Below, in pieces: positions 13,100 through 25,199 of a stretch of DNA of 64,000 nucleotides. Position 1 is the first letter of the stretch. Each line of letters begins with the position of its first letter. The translations under genes were made by a program, and so were the position numbers. The notes under the pieces are model-generated. The model was given only the letters and a program-made list of their open reading frames with translations. It was not told where the DNA came from and did no database searches. The stretch comes from Octopus sinensis (lineage: Eukaryota), in contig NC_043014.1 in assembly GCF_006345805.1 (NCBI RefSeq), forward strand, positions 19,902,001 through 19,966,000, written 5' to 3'.

Positions 13100-13550
13100 A
13101 CAGAAGAAAAAATCGGTTCAGTTATGGCCTCGTGGTTTCGGGTTCAGTTCCATTGCATAGGCATGTTGAACAAGTATCTCCTGTTTTGAGCACGGAACGA
13201 CCAGTGATTTGTGAGTGTATGTCACAGACAGAAACTATGAGGAGTCATTCGAACATGTGTGTGCACGCGTACATGTGTGCGTGTGTGTATGTGTGTGTGT
13301 GTGTGTATTTGTGTGCATGTATGTGTGAGTGAGTGTGTGTGTGCCTGTATGTATGTGTGTGTGAATGTTTGTACGTGTGTGTGTGTGTGTGCCTTTGTTT
13401 TAGTGTTTGTTTCCTGAAATTTGACGAATGATATCGAATTGATTAGTTTCCAATATCTTAACGGTTCCGGTAATGCGTTTCATTGTTTCGCCTAACCCTA
13501 CAAGGCAGTCCTGCAGCAACACTGACGCCTAATAACTGAAACAAGTAAAC
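13100..13550 (+). mobile_element. SINE family A, highly degenerate
   Basis: GGTTTCGGGTTCAGTTCCATTGCATAGGCATGTTGAACAAG head remnant, internal (TG)n, tail ACTGAAACAAGTAAA. Confidence 0.55.
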
Positions 13551-13569
13551 CTGTAAAAGAGTAATTTAC

Positions 13570-13695
13570 AGAAATATTCTACTTCCAGATCCCCGATCTT
13601 TGTCATTTTTAAATGATGAGCGCTCTTTCCAGTGTTTCCTTCACATTCAGAGGAGGACAGGTGAGCATTTTTTTTTGGCTCGCCGGATCTGACCC
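13570..13695 (-). CDS. Candidate coding exon (VRSGEPKKNAHLSSSECEGNTGKSAHHLKMTKIGDLEVEYF)
   Basis: Acceptor ttttagcagttgcag|GG (an alternative phase-1 acceptor lies at 13704), donor TCT|GTAAAT; phase 1-1; joins 10816 to give ...EVEYFSHIQYHNG... Confidence 0.45.
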
Positions 13696-13789
13696 CTGCA
13701 ACTGCTAAAATAGATAAGCCCTCGACCCAAGGGTATTTCAGATGTTAAAGTACTCGAAACGCAACTTGTGTATAGTATGTATCTTTTGC

Positions 13790-14052
13790 TTTTAACATTT
13801 TGACTGCGGCCATTCAGGGTCACCGTCATGAAGCACATTTAGCCAAATGTACCGACCGCAGTATTCATTTTTTAAAATTTGGTACTTATTCTGTCGGTCA
13901 CATTTGCAGACGTAAAAACACGGCTGTGAAGCGGTGGAGGAGAACGAACATAGACGCAAAGACACAAATACATACACACACACACGTATATATATGTGTG
14001 TGTGTTTGTGTGTGTGCGTGTGTGTGTGTATGTGTGTGTGTGTATGTATGTA

Positions 14053-14101
<49 letters not shown>

Positions 14102-14189
14102 ATATATATATATGTGTGTGTGCATATATATATATGTGTATGTGTATATATATATATATTATATATATATATATATCGTGTGTGTAAGT

Positions 14190-14221
<32 letters not shown>

Positions 14222-14367
14222 CGTACATATATGCGACTGGCTTCCTTCAGTTTCGGCGTACGAAATCCACTCACAAGGCTTTGGTCGCCCCGAGTCTATA
14301 GTAGAATATACTGCCCCAACCATGTGGTTGGATGCAAGCTTCTTACTACACAGCCACTCTTGCATCT
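13790..14367 (-). mobile_element. SINE family A with greatly expanded internal microsatellite
   Basis: Tail remnant at ~13790-13960, head at ~14230-14367, about 270 bp of (TG)/(TA) between. Confidence 0.75.
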
Positions 14368-14510
14368 ACGTTTTCTGACGTTCCCTTCCGTGTTAATTGA
14401 AAGGGTTTTGTGAAATGAAAATATAGTATCCAGTTCTGTGTACAGCCCAAGGCAAGATTATTCGGCAGATTGGCAAGTGTGCATGCAACAGGTCTCTTTA
14501 TCTTCGTTAC

Positions 14511-14601
14511 GCATTTGCGCATGTTCAACCAATTTGCAAGATGCGGTCAAGCTTGGTGAGCGCGACGTAATAAGTGTTGCCATGCAGAAGTCAATGACAA
14601 A
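14511..14601 (-). CDS. Weak candidate exon (FVIDFCMATLITSRSPSLTASCKLVEHAQM)
   Basis: Acceptor gactgtcatag|TTT, donor TGC|GTAACG; phase 0 to 1 fits between the 17758-17866 and 13570-13695 candidates. Confidence 0.25.
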
Positions 14602-14642
14602 CTATGACAGTCTTACCATCTCAAACTGGTGATGATTGGACA

Positions 14643-14646
<4 letters not shown>

Positions 14647-14681
<35 letters not shown>

Positions 14682-14736
14682 GTGTGTGTGTGTTATATGA
14701 GATATTTATGTTATATATGCGTATATGTATATATAC

Positions 14737-14792
<56 letters not shown>

Positions 14793-14847
14793 CACAGATA
14801 TAGTTTTACATATATATATATGTACATCTATGTATATATACATATAT

Positions 14848-14889
<42 letters not shown>

Positions 14890-16253
14890 TACATACACAC
14901 ACACAAACACATGCGTGCGCACACACCCACACCCATATTTGGTTATTAAATAAGTATTTATTAAATTTTATTAGATTTTATTTCGATGGGCTTCAGGACC
15001 TTGCATCTCGTCAGTTTGACTCACACGACTAATATTGAGCAGAGGTAGTGTAGACAGCGCTTCCTGAAGATTCAGTAATTGAATAACTGGAATTGAATCT
15101 GTACTATGGAGATGCGGAAGCAAATATCTTAACCAATGGTTCACTTCACTCAGTGCTTATACCATTACTAAACTGTCTAAAGTCTGGCTATAATAATAAG
15201 ACTATGATTCACCGATGAGTTATTATATGACCGAAACATGCATGGTGTTGTCATCCTACAGCGAAACGTTAGACTCACTCACTATTTCAGGCAATAATAA
15301 ATTTAATTAATTTAATTAATTTAAAATATGTATTTATCTCCTCTACATTATTATCATAAAGCAAATTTCTTCATCACTATGAATGATATTGAATGAATTA
15401 TAATTTATTCGCAACCTACAGTTACTATCCTCTATTTTTTACTTGCTTCTGTCATTCGACTACGGCCAAGCTGCAGTACCACCTTGAAGAATTTTGCTTA
15501 AAAATGGAACTTATTCTCTTGGCCTACTATTTCCAAAGCACTAGATTAGGAGGACTTAAAAAAACCCAACACCGGTTGTCGAGTTGAGGTGGTGAAAACA
15601 CACACGTACATACACACACACACACACACACATACAGAGGCATGGATATGTATATACCATGGGCTTATTTTAGTTATCATCTAACATACCCACTGGCAAG
15701 GCTTTGGTCGACCCGGGGTTATAGTAGAAAATACTCACAAACTGTCACACGGTGAGATTGAACCTGGAATCAGAAGCTTCTTCCCACACGGCCAATTTTC
15801 ATTTACAATTTTCATACAATTTTCATTTACGTAAGTGACCCTAAATAAATGTTTCCACTTTTACAATAACGTCGTTTTAGATCAAATAATTATATATAAA
15901 GTGCATCGTAAATATGTGCATAGCAACACTCCAAGCATTTGCTGTGTTTGCGATCATATAACATCAGAGAAAACCGCATAACACGTTTCCATTCTCTCTT
16001 CAACTGTTTATGCATGCATGTATCTATGTATGAATGTATGTATGTATGTATGTATATGTATGAAATTTATGGATGTACATATGTATTTCTGTATATGTGT
16101 ATGCAAATATGTAAACATATGTTAGCATTTGTATCTATACACACGCTCACACACACGTGTGTGTGTTGTGTGTGTGTGTGGTGTGTGTGTGTGCGTGTGT
16201 GTGTGTGTGTTATATGAGATATTTATGTTATATATGCGTATATGTATATATAC

Positions 16254-16308
<55 letters not shown>

Positions 16309-16344
16309 CACAGATATAGTTTTACATATATATATATGTACATC

Positions 16345-16376
<32 letters not shown>

Positions 16377-17676
16377 ATATATATATATATAATATATATA
16401 TATATATGCATACATACACACACACAAACACATGCGTGCGCACACACCCACACCCATATTTGGTTATTAAATAAGTATTTATTAAATTTTATTAGATTTT
16501 ATTTCGATGGGCTTCAGGACCTTGCATCTCGTCAGTTTGACTCACACGACTAATATTGAGCAGAAGGTAGTGTAGACAGCGCTTCCTGAAGATTCAGTAA
16601 TTGAATAACTGGAATTGAATCTGTACTATGGAGATGCGGAAGCAAATATCTTAACCAATGGTTCACTTCACTCAGTGCTTATACCATTACTAAACTGTCT
16701 AAAGTCTGGCTATAATAATAAGACTATGATTCACCGATGAGTTATTATATGACCGAAACATGCATGGTGTTGTCATCCTACAGCGAAACGTTAGACTCAC
16801 TCACTATTTCAGGCAATAATAAATTTAATTAATTTAATTAATTTAAAATATGTATTTATCTCCTCTACATTATTATCATAAAGCAAATTTCTTCATCACT
16901 ATGAATGATATTTGAATGAATTATAATTTATTCGCAACCTACAGTTACTATCCTCTATTTTTTACTTGCTTCTGTCATTCGACTACGGCCAAGCTGCAGT
17001 ACCACCTTGAAGAATTTTGCTTAAAAATGGAACTTATTCTCTTGGCCTACTATTTCCAAAGCACTAGATTAGGAGGACTTAAAAAAACCCAACACCGGTT
17101 GTCGAGTTGAGGTGGTGAAAACACACACGTACATACACACACACACACACACACATACAGAGGCATGGATATGTATATACCATGGGCTTATTTTAGTTAT
17201 CATCTAACATACCCACTGGCAAGGCTTTGGTCGACCCGGGGTTATAGTAGAAAATACTCACAAACTGTCACACGGTGAGATTGAACCTGGAATCAGAAGC
17301 TTCTTCCCACACGGCCAATTTTCATTTACAATTTTCATACAATTTTCATTTACGTAAGTGACCCTAAATAAATGTTTCCACTTTTACAATAACGTCGTTT
17401 TAGATCAAATAATTATATATAAAGTGCATCGTAAATATGTGCATAGCAACACTCCAAGCATTTGCTGTGTTTGCGATCATATAACATCAGAGAAAACCGC
17501 ATAACACGTTTCCATTCTCTCTTCAACTGTTTATGCATGCATGTATCTATGTATGAATGTATGTATGTATGTATGTATATGTATGAAATTTATGGATGTA
17601 CATATGTATTTCTGTATATGTGTATGCAAATATGTAAACATATGTTAGCATTTGTATCTATACACACGCTCACACA

Positions 17677-17708
<32 letters not shown>
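14647..17708. repeat. Near-identical ~1.52-kb tandem duplication bounded by (TG)n tracts
   Basis: Identical ORF-track translations at 15393/16916 and the same N-terminal sequence at 15939/17462 (offset 1523); (TG)n at ~14647, ~16157 and ~17679; each unit holds a degenerate family A SINE (~15425-15793, ~16948-17316). Confidence 0.95.
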
Positions 17709-17712
<4 letters not shown>

Positions 17713-17757
17713 CGTGCGTCAGTGTGCACGCCACACTGTCAATGTGAGTAAGGATAC

Positions 17758-17866
17758 TTTAAAATCCACGAAGAAAACTAGCACGGATAAGGAGACGACT
17801 GTTCCGGTTTTGCTTGCAAGTGAAGTGTCCTTTGTCAATCTGGAATCTTCTGATATAACTCTATAC
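17758..17866 (-). CDS. Weak candidate exon (YRVISEDSRLTKDTSLASKTGTVVSLSVLVFFVDFK)
   Basis: Phase 2 to 0; joins 18995 to give ...AWNYRYRVISED...; the acceptor aacaacag|G lacks a pyrimidine tract; donor AAA|GTATCC. Confidence 0.25.
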
Positions 17867-17887
17867 CTGTTGTTGTTGTTGATACTA

Positions 17888-17941
<54 letters not shown>

Positions 17942-18543
17942 AAATTTAAGTGATTTGTCTCTATTTCTATTTGATCAGACATAGAACAGAAATTGGAAAA
18001 ATTTCTTTTAATGTCCTTTAAAATTTACACACAGTTTATGCGCATATATACACGCATGCACATTTGCAAATCAAGGTACAACGGAATGCTGAGACACGCG
18101 CATTTATACTTATGTACGCATACAAACACACAAACACACATATGCACAGACGCTCTCGCACGCACATGCATAGGTGAATGTATGGTTACATGTACGTCAC
18201 CGGATGAATATAGTCGTAAGGGGATATGTATGTAGTATATGCATGTAGAAGCACATCACTCAACCTAAGAATCTCTTTTAGTCTTACTCAGTACATCTCT
18301 TTCTCTCTCTCTCTCCCCTCTCCCCCTCTCTCTCTCCCTTTCTATTTTTCTCTGTTTCTATTTTTCCTATATATACATACATACATGAAAATGAAGGCGA
18401 TCCACATAAGCTTCGAAGTCACTTAACTGTTCCAAATTATAGTGATTTTATGTATGAATGTACATAAATTTTTATATTTATATTTTTATATTTGTATTTC
18501 GTAAAGAAAGATAAATGCACGCACAATCACATGGATGCATAGG

Positions 18544-18602
<59 letters not shown>

Positions 18603-18629
18603 CAGAGAGAGGGAGAGAGAGAGAGATAG

Positions 18630-18668
<39 letters not shown>

Positions 18669-18695
18669 GAAAAAGAGAGAGAGAGAGAGAGAGAG

Positions 18696-18727
<32 letters not shown>

Positions 18728-18994
18728 CATTGCAAAAGCAATTTGCCGCTTTGTATTCAATGTCTGATCAAGTATAAATCGAAATAAATACCATATATTT
18801 AAATGTTCCTTTGCTCGGGTAATGTATTTGCGTTACAAAAAGGTTTCTTACAAAATAGCTCTTTAAGCCAAATAGATAAAAGTCATCCATTTTATGAAGC
18901 ATGACGGCATCTTTATCATACTATTTCTTTCATTGCCTCACTACTAAATCTATCAACTATAACAGTTTAATATCCGTGTCAATAAATAATTTAC

Positions 18995-19078
18995 CGGTAG
19001 TTCCACGCGATAGATCTGTCTCTTAGCGCGGTCGATCGATGTAGCTCGACATAGTACCCGAATTTACCTCGGAAGATA
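18995..19078 (-). CDS. Candidate coding exon (IFRGKFGYYVELHRSTALRDRSIAWNY)
   Basis: Acceptor caatttcctgttcgtcatgcag|T, donor CCG|GTAAAT; 84 bp, phase 2-2; only one frame is open. Confidence 0.55.
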
Positions 19079-19329
19079 CTGCATGACGAACAGGAAATTG
19101 AACTCGTAGAGGACAGGAAATAGGCTAGAAGTCGATCAGGTTGTCGGGGCAAGTAGGAAAGGGCGTCATGTACAAGTATATAGTTCTAGATGTGGGTGAG
19201 TAGACGCGCTCATATAGTTGTGCGTACGTGTATATATGGATGCGAGTGTACGCATCTGTACATGGCACACAGTCGCACGTCTGAACACACACACGCTTAG
19301 ATGAACACGCACGCGCGCACATTGCGAGG

Positions 19330-20260
19330 GGTTCCTGTCGTTGATTAAGAAACACTTCCCCAGAGGCCATAAGAATTACATACTTTTCAACCCCCATATT
19401 ATCAAAGAGAGCTACTCCTGCTTAGACACCATCGCATCTAACATCGCACACATCAACAGATGTAAAAATGCACCCATACTAACCTTGATCCCAACCTGCA
19501 ACTCATGAAACCCCACCATGTGTCCTCTGGAAAAATCTTGTCTCTCAAGGGCCGTATTATACAAAGCCACACATACACCATCCGATGGTATTACAAGGCA
19601 CTTTACGGATATGACAGCCAATGACTTCAAGGGAAGATACTCCCAGGATATGCACTCGTTTAGATCCAGTGATAGAGAGAACTCTACCTCCCTGTCTCGT
19701 TTTCTCTGGAGACTCCATGATCTCCGAGATGAAATACCCAGCATCAAGTGGACTATCGTCGACAGAGCGCAACCATATTCACCCGGTACCCACAAATGCC
19801 AGCTCTGCATCCGCGAAAAACTGCATATCTTCCAACAACCCACAAAAACCCTTTATTTAAATAAAACCCTTGATTCAATAACACTGTGTATAAACTCTAT
19901 ACTTGGAGTGACCAACTTTAAATACTATTGCATTTTACTCATAAGAGATTGGAATCATATAAGTATATCATTCTGCCTAAATAATGGATCTACAAATACA
20001 ATATCCCTGCATATTTCACATTTACTTTCATTCCTCCTCCTCACTCTCTATCTCGTATGTTATCTAAATTAACTATTGCTTAACCATCATTTCACACCGT
20101 CTCCGATGAACAGATATAATAAATATCCTAGAAACAACCGTAAGACCTTCTATTTATAAATTTTCTAAATTCAACACAGACTTGGTTTTTTTTATATCAT
20201 AATAAAACAAATTATATACACACGCTGATATATGACATAAATTGGACCCCTTAATCGCAT
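19330..20260 (+). mobile_element. Penelope-like element 3' fragment: linker, GIY-YIG endonuclease and tail
   Basis: FLSLIKKHFPRGHKNYILFNPHIIKESYSC then CPLEKSCLSRAVLYKA...FKGRYSQDMHSFR...NSTSLSRFLW...KWTIVDRAQPYSPGTHKCQLCIREKLHI (ORF 19518+), typical of Penelope GIY-YIG domains; hammerhead-like remnant at 20099-20146. Confidence 0.85.
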
Positions 20261-22333
20261 AATCACCGAACCTGGAACTTAACTATTGTCTATCCATAGC
20301 ACTTATTCAGCATTACCTGACACCTTTGGTCTCACTGATACCAGTACCTCTCATAACCTATATATATATATAAATATAAATGTGTGTGCTTGTATGCCTG
20401 CGTGTTAGTTTGTGTGTACGTGTGTGCGTGCATGTGTGTTTAAGAACCGGTGTTGACGTGTTTGCGTTCCCGTAATATCAGCTGTTTAACAATAGACACC
20501 GATGGAATAAATAAGAGGCTTTAAAATTATGTTTCTCATATCTCATTCTCCACATAACTACACAAAGATAAGAGTCAATTTTTGGAACTGTGTGTCCCAC
20601 ACCGAAGTTTGTTTCCACGTTTTAAAAATGCCCAGGTACTCTGTTTGTTGATTACATTCAATTTGCCGGTTGCACTCCTTGTGCGCATGCGCAGCATCTT
20701 TGATTACTATAGAAACAGAAGTCTTCGCAATCAGCTTTGGAACACTTGGTGATTCTTTGCTTAATGTGCTTATAGAACTTCACGAAAATGTGTAAAATAC
20801 TCGCATATGATTGGCTAAAACACCCAAATTTTGCAAATTTTAAATTTTAAAGGAATTCAAAATTACAAAATTACAAATTTATACTTTGTAATTTTGAATT
20901 CATAGGGAGAAGGTCTCTCACAACCTTTCTCACAAAGAAACGTCGGTGACTCAGAGAAGATAATCGATCCGAATCCTTGAATAAATAACATTTTATTCAT
21001 TTACCCCGGAACGGTAAAGGGCAAAATTGACATCGGCAAGATCTGAATGTGGAGAATGCAGAGTGCCGGAAAACACACAGGACATCCTATCCAGCGATCT
21101 AATGACTGATAATTCACCTATGACAATACTTCCTTTTGAATTTGCGCAGAAATAACCTACGAAATGGAGCAGTTAAAAGGTTTTTATCTTGCAAATGCTC
21201 CAATTAAGGGCAGTCCTAATTCAGCAATAACATTAAGCAATAACGAATTCGCCTTTTTAGGGCATAGTACAATTAAGGCTTTTATTAATTACATCCCTAT
21301 TTGTTTACATATATTGCGATGATTTGTGAGGTGGCTGCTACTTGTATAAGACCAAGTGTGACTATGCTAGACCCTCATTTGCTTCAGTACGTAACATGTT
21401 GTTATTAATAATGTGTTATATAGCCATGGTCATCTGAGAAGGAGTAGTCCAGTGATTTCAAGCAGTCTATTCATTGTCTGCACTTGCATCAGAATATCTA
21501 ATGTCTCAGTTATATTGTGTTTCCCTACAAGAAACTCAGTTATATTGTGTTTCCCTCAGTTATATTGTGTTTCCCTACAAGAGGTGACCTGCACTAAGTT
21601 CTACATCATACAATGATTTAACACGTGAGATGTAGTATCGAAGTGTTTCTTCATCGGTATTGGTTGTTTTCTAGGTAATGTACTGGCGGAAGTATTTGTA
21701 TCAGCATGTACCGATGTAAGTTCAAAACCCACCGAGATTAACTACCTATCATCCTTCAAGGTTCGCTAAATAAAGTAGCATTAGAGAAACCGCTACAGTA
21801 TTTGATTGGAAGCATTACAATGTACGTTTCGGTTTTCGCGTTCTAACTCGAAATCCCTCCGACGTGGTCAGAATGAATAATAGACTGACTGATGTCAATA
21901 AAATTAAACATCAGTCAAGTACTGGGGCCAATAACAGCCCTACCCTGTTCCACAACCCAACAAATATACGCAGTATCTCTATGAGAAAGAATCTATATTA
22001 CAGATCATTCTATGATATTTGGTTTAATATATATGAAAAGATGGTTGAACATTCAATAAGGCCTGTGTATTATATTAAACTGAATTTAATTAAAAATATT
22101 TTGCGCAGCGGCTATGCTTCATTGTTAGAAATGTTGCATCTCCCAGTGTAAATGAATAGCTGATGATAGATAAGAAGGTTGTTATGTTTGCTTTTTCTAA
22201 GCATTTATTCCAGTATAAGTCTGCTGAAAGGAGTAATACCGATGGGCATACAATAGAATGACACTAAACAAGATTATCATATGAGAAAATTAGGTGAGTA
22301 GAGCATACGTATGTATCTCTCCCCTTCTCTGTG

Positions 22334-22366
<33 letters not shown>

Positions 22367-22393
22367 ATGTGTGTGGTGTGTGTGTGTGTGTGT

Positions 22394-22431
<38 letters not shown>

Positions 22432-22927
22432 GAATATCTGAATATCGGGAGACACATATAGATATATGCCCAACAGGGACAGATGAGCACAAAATCACAC
22501 AGACAACCACACACAAGCACATACAGAAATACATACACACACACAAAGGTACAAAAATTGCTTTGTGGATAAGTGATTCGTTTCGCAAATTTCGTTTTTT
22601 ATTTTTTTGGAGTTCGATATTAAAACCTGGTGCCTCAGAGAAGTTTGTTTCATTCAATGCTGATGAATACTTTATTTTAGAGGAATACGTAATACGAAAA
22701 TATTAGGAAGTAACATACACAAACTCGCACGCATAATTATGTATGTATGTATGTATGTATGTATGTATGTATGTATGTATGTATGTATGTATGTAGTATG
22801 TATGTATGTATGTATGTACGTATGTATGTATGTATGTATGTATCCATTCTTTTGGATCTCCTAACACACATATAACAGCAAACAAAAGGCGTATAAGCCA
22901 TTTTGGATAGTAAGATTTATATCATAC

Positions 22928-23059
22928 AACCCTCCTCACGCACATATTTTCTTGAACAATGCCAATACGCTTCTCTCTCTTGATTTGTGAGGCTCGTCAA
23001 TGTCCGAAAGTCTGGAGCGTTACTTCTATAAATTCTGAAGAATTCTGTTTCGCTCATAT
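22928..23059 (-). CDS. Candidate coding exon (MSETEFFRIYRSNAPDFRTLTSLTNQEREAYWHCSRKYVREEG)
   Basis: Acceptor cttaccattgcttgaattag|AT; donor GTT|GTATGA (end 22928) or TGC|GTGAGG (end 22940); both give phase 1-1; open frame in unique sequence. Confidence 0.5.
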
Positions 23060-23489
23060 CTAATTCAAGCAATGGTAAGTCGTGTTAATGGACCTATTTT
23101 AATCTCCTAAACTGTCTTTGCCGTTTGACAGCCTTTACAAAAATCCCTTTAGCACATTCCGATTTCAAACCAATATTTACATGCTAATGTTTACAGGTTT
23201 ATATGTTCTTCAAGTTTCACTGTTCCAAAGAAAACTTATTTCACGTTCTCTCGAAAGACTAGAAAAGTCCTCATGACGTCAAATATGTGTGTGTGTGTGC
23301 ATGTATGAGAGATGCGCGCGGATTAGTGGTTACGTCTTTAGAACGATATGATCGATAAATTGTAGTTTCGATTCCTGGACCTGACTCTACATTCGATACC
23401 CCACCTTTCTTTTGACTACATATATTTATAAACAGATAAATATCATATACATGTAGAGATACACATTTATATATATATAAAGTCCCGGA

Positions 23490-23815
23490 TCAGCTGGTTT
23501 CGTCTAACAGTACACGGTATGGGCCCCTATCCAGGGTTACGGAAAGGAGACAGCCTTCAAAGAAATCCGGAGTGGATCCCCGTGGGCGGTTTAGTGTTCG
23601 ACTTAACATTCTTCCGGCATTTCCTGCAACCAAGCTGGTGCCAAACGTAACGCTCTGCACTCGTTTGGACTACCTCAGCAAGATTGAGAGAGGATTCCGG
23701 ACGATTTTCTTACATCTAGCCCAGGCCTGCGCAAAACTGGAGAGGACATGAAACGTAAAAACCAGACTGGATTAGTTTATGCGCAACTCCATTGTCTCCC
23801 GAGACAAAACGATGC
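23490..23815 (+). mobile_element. Probable 5' UTR fragment of an RTE-type LINE
   Basis: GC-rich island CCCGGATCAGCTGGTTTCG...GCAACCAAGCTGGTGCCAAACG...CTCTGCACTCGTTTGG between (TA)n tracts; family assignment is inference. Confidence 0.4.
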
Positions 23816-23855
<40 letters not shown>

Positions 23856-23873
23856 AACGCACACATACATGTA

Positions 23874-23913
<40 letters not shown>

Positions 23914-24279
23914 CAATCGCTGGAAATGTTGCAAAACAATGCATGAAAACCTCACGCGTCACGGTTTTCATGCATGACACTTTATATGCCCAAGGTGTCC
24001 AATAAGAATGCATACACACTTCAACAGCTGATAACTCTCATTTCTTGTTCCATTTAATCTATTACAAATAATGAAGATAGCCAGACTTGGCTTTGAACAA
24101 ATGATGCAATGAGACTACATCTAGATCAAATGGTTCAGTAATGCACGACAACTGTACTGACTTGATATCTGAGAAACTGGATATAACGAGAGAATTCTTG
24201 TTAATTCACAATTCACAATGAGTATCCAAGCCAGATACTCATCAAAATCTAACACATCAATTGCTACAAGGGACAGGTC

Positions 24280-25190
24280 TGAAACAGAAGGTTTCAAAAG
24301 CAGTCGAAGTGCGAAGGCAATTTAGGAGGGGCTTTCAAACAGATCCACTGAGATGATTTACTATCATTCATTTGAACTGTTTCGAATGTCCCCAAGAAAC
24401 GTACCGCGGACAACAGCGAGTCCCACAAGGCAAGAAAAGGTATTAAAAGTCTCTTGCTAAAATACGCTGAAATCTATGCAGGAAGAGTTTAATGAGATAG
24501 GAATTTTAAAATCGAACTCCCATCACATTTTTAAGTGCTGAGTTTGAGAATGTTAGATACCAAAAATAGTCCAGGCTTTCAATGAAGATTATACGGATCG
24601 AAAAGTCGAGTTTTGCGAGTGGTACTGTTTGATGCAATGAGACTACATCTAGATCAAATGGTTCAGTAATGCACGACAACTGTACTGACTTGATATCTGA
24701 GAAACTGGATATAACGAGAGAATTCTTGTTAATTCACAATTCTTGTTAATTCACAACAATTTACAGTATAGTGTTGCTTATTATCAAAGGGATTAATTTG
24801 ATCAATTGTTTTTGATGGTACTGTTATTGCTCCTTTATATGTGAACTTGCAGCGACAATCTTACCTTCAAAAGGACTTTGAAGATGTGGAGTTTATTTCC
24901 AGCACGATAAGTAGTCCGACATTACCAAAGTAACGCAAGGGCCCATTTTAATAAGATTTAATGGATTGAACGAAGCGGTTAAATAGAAAACAACTCTCCT
25001 TCACCGAAAATCATCGTCCAGCCATATTTATGGAGCAAATTAAAAGTTCGTGGTAAAAGCCAGCAACAGTCATTACACTTGAATGTGCACAAATAGCGAA
25101 CAAAATATTTCTTGATTTTGCAATTCTCTCTTCCGTTTTATCAACAATGCCAGTACTAGAACGGACATCAGTTTGATTATAAATACATGT
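24280..25190 (+). pseudogene. Degenerate mariner-superfamily transposase remnant (DD41D/DD37D-like motifs)
   Basis: Fragmentary frames SPRNVP.., EDYTDRKVEFCEW, YFQHD, WIERSG, FLWSKLK across stops and frameshifts. Confidence 0.55.
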
Positions 25191-25199
25191 ATACATATT

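Noticed and set aside
13589-13660. Plus-strand 72-bp exon-like segment (ttctacttccag|...CAG|GTGAGC)
   Set aside because: Good splice signals, but it overlaps antisense a minus-strand exon that fits a phase chain, and no convincing plus-strand partner exons were found; not fully excluded
20853-20901. 17-bp perfect inverted repeat GAATTCAAAATTACAAA/TTTGTAATTTTGAATTC
   Set aside because: AT-rich, isolated and with no other context; probably a local slippage or foldback event
21864-22151. 95-aa plus-strand ORF
   Set aside because: No recognisable motif or splice support; the start overlaps a degenerate repeat
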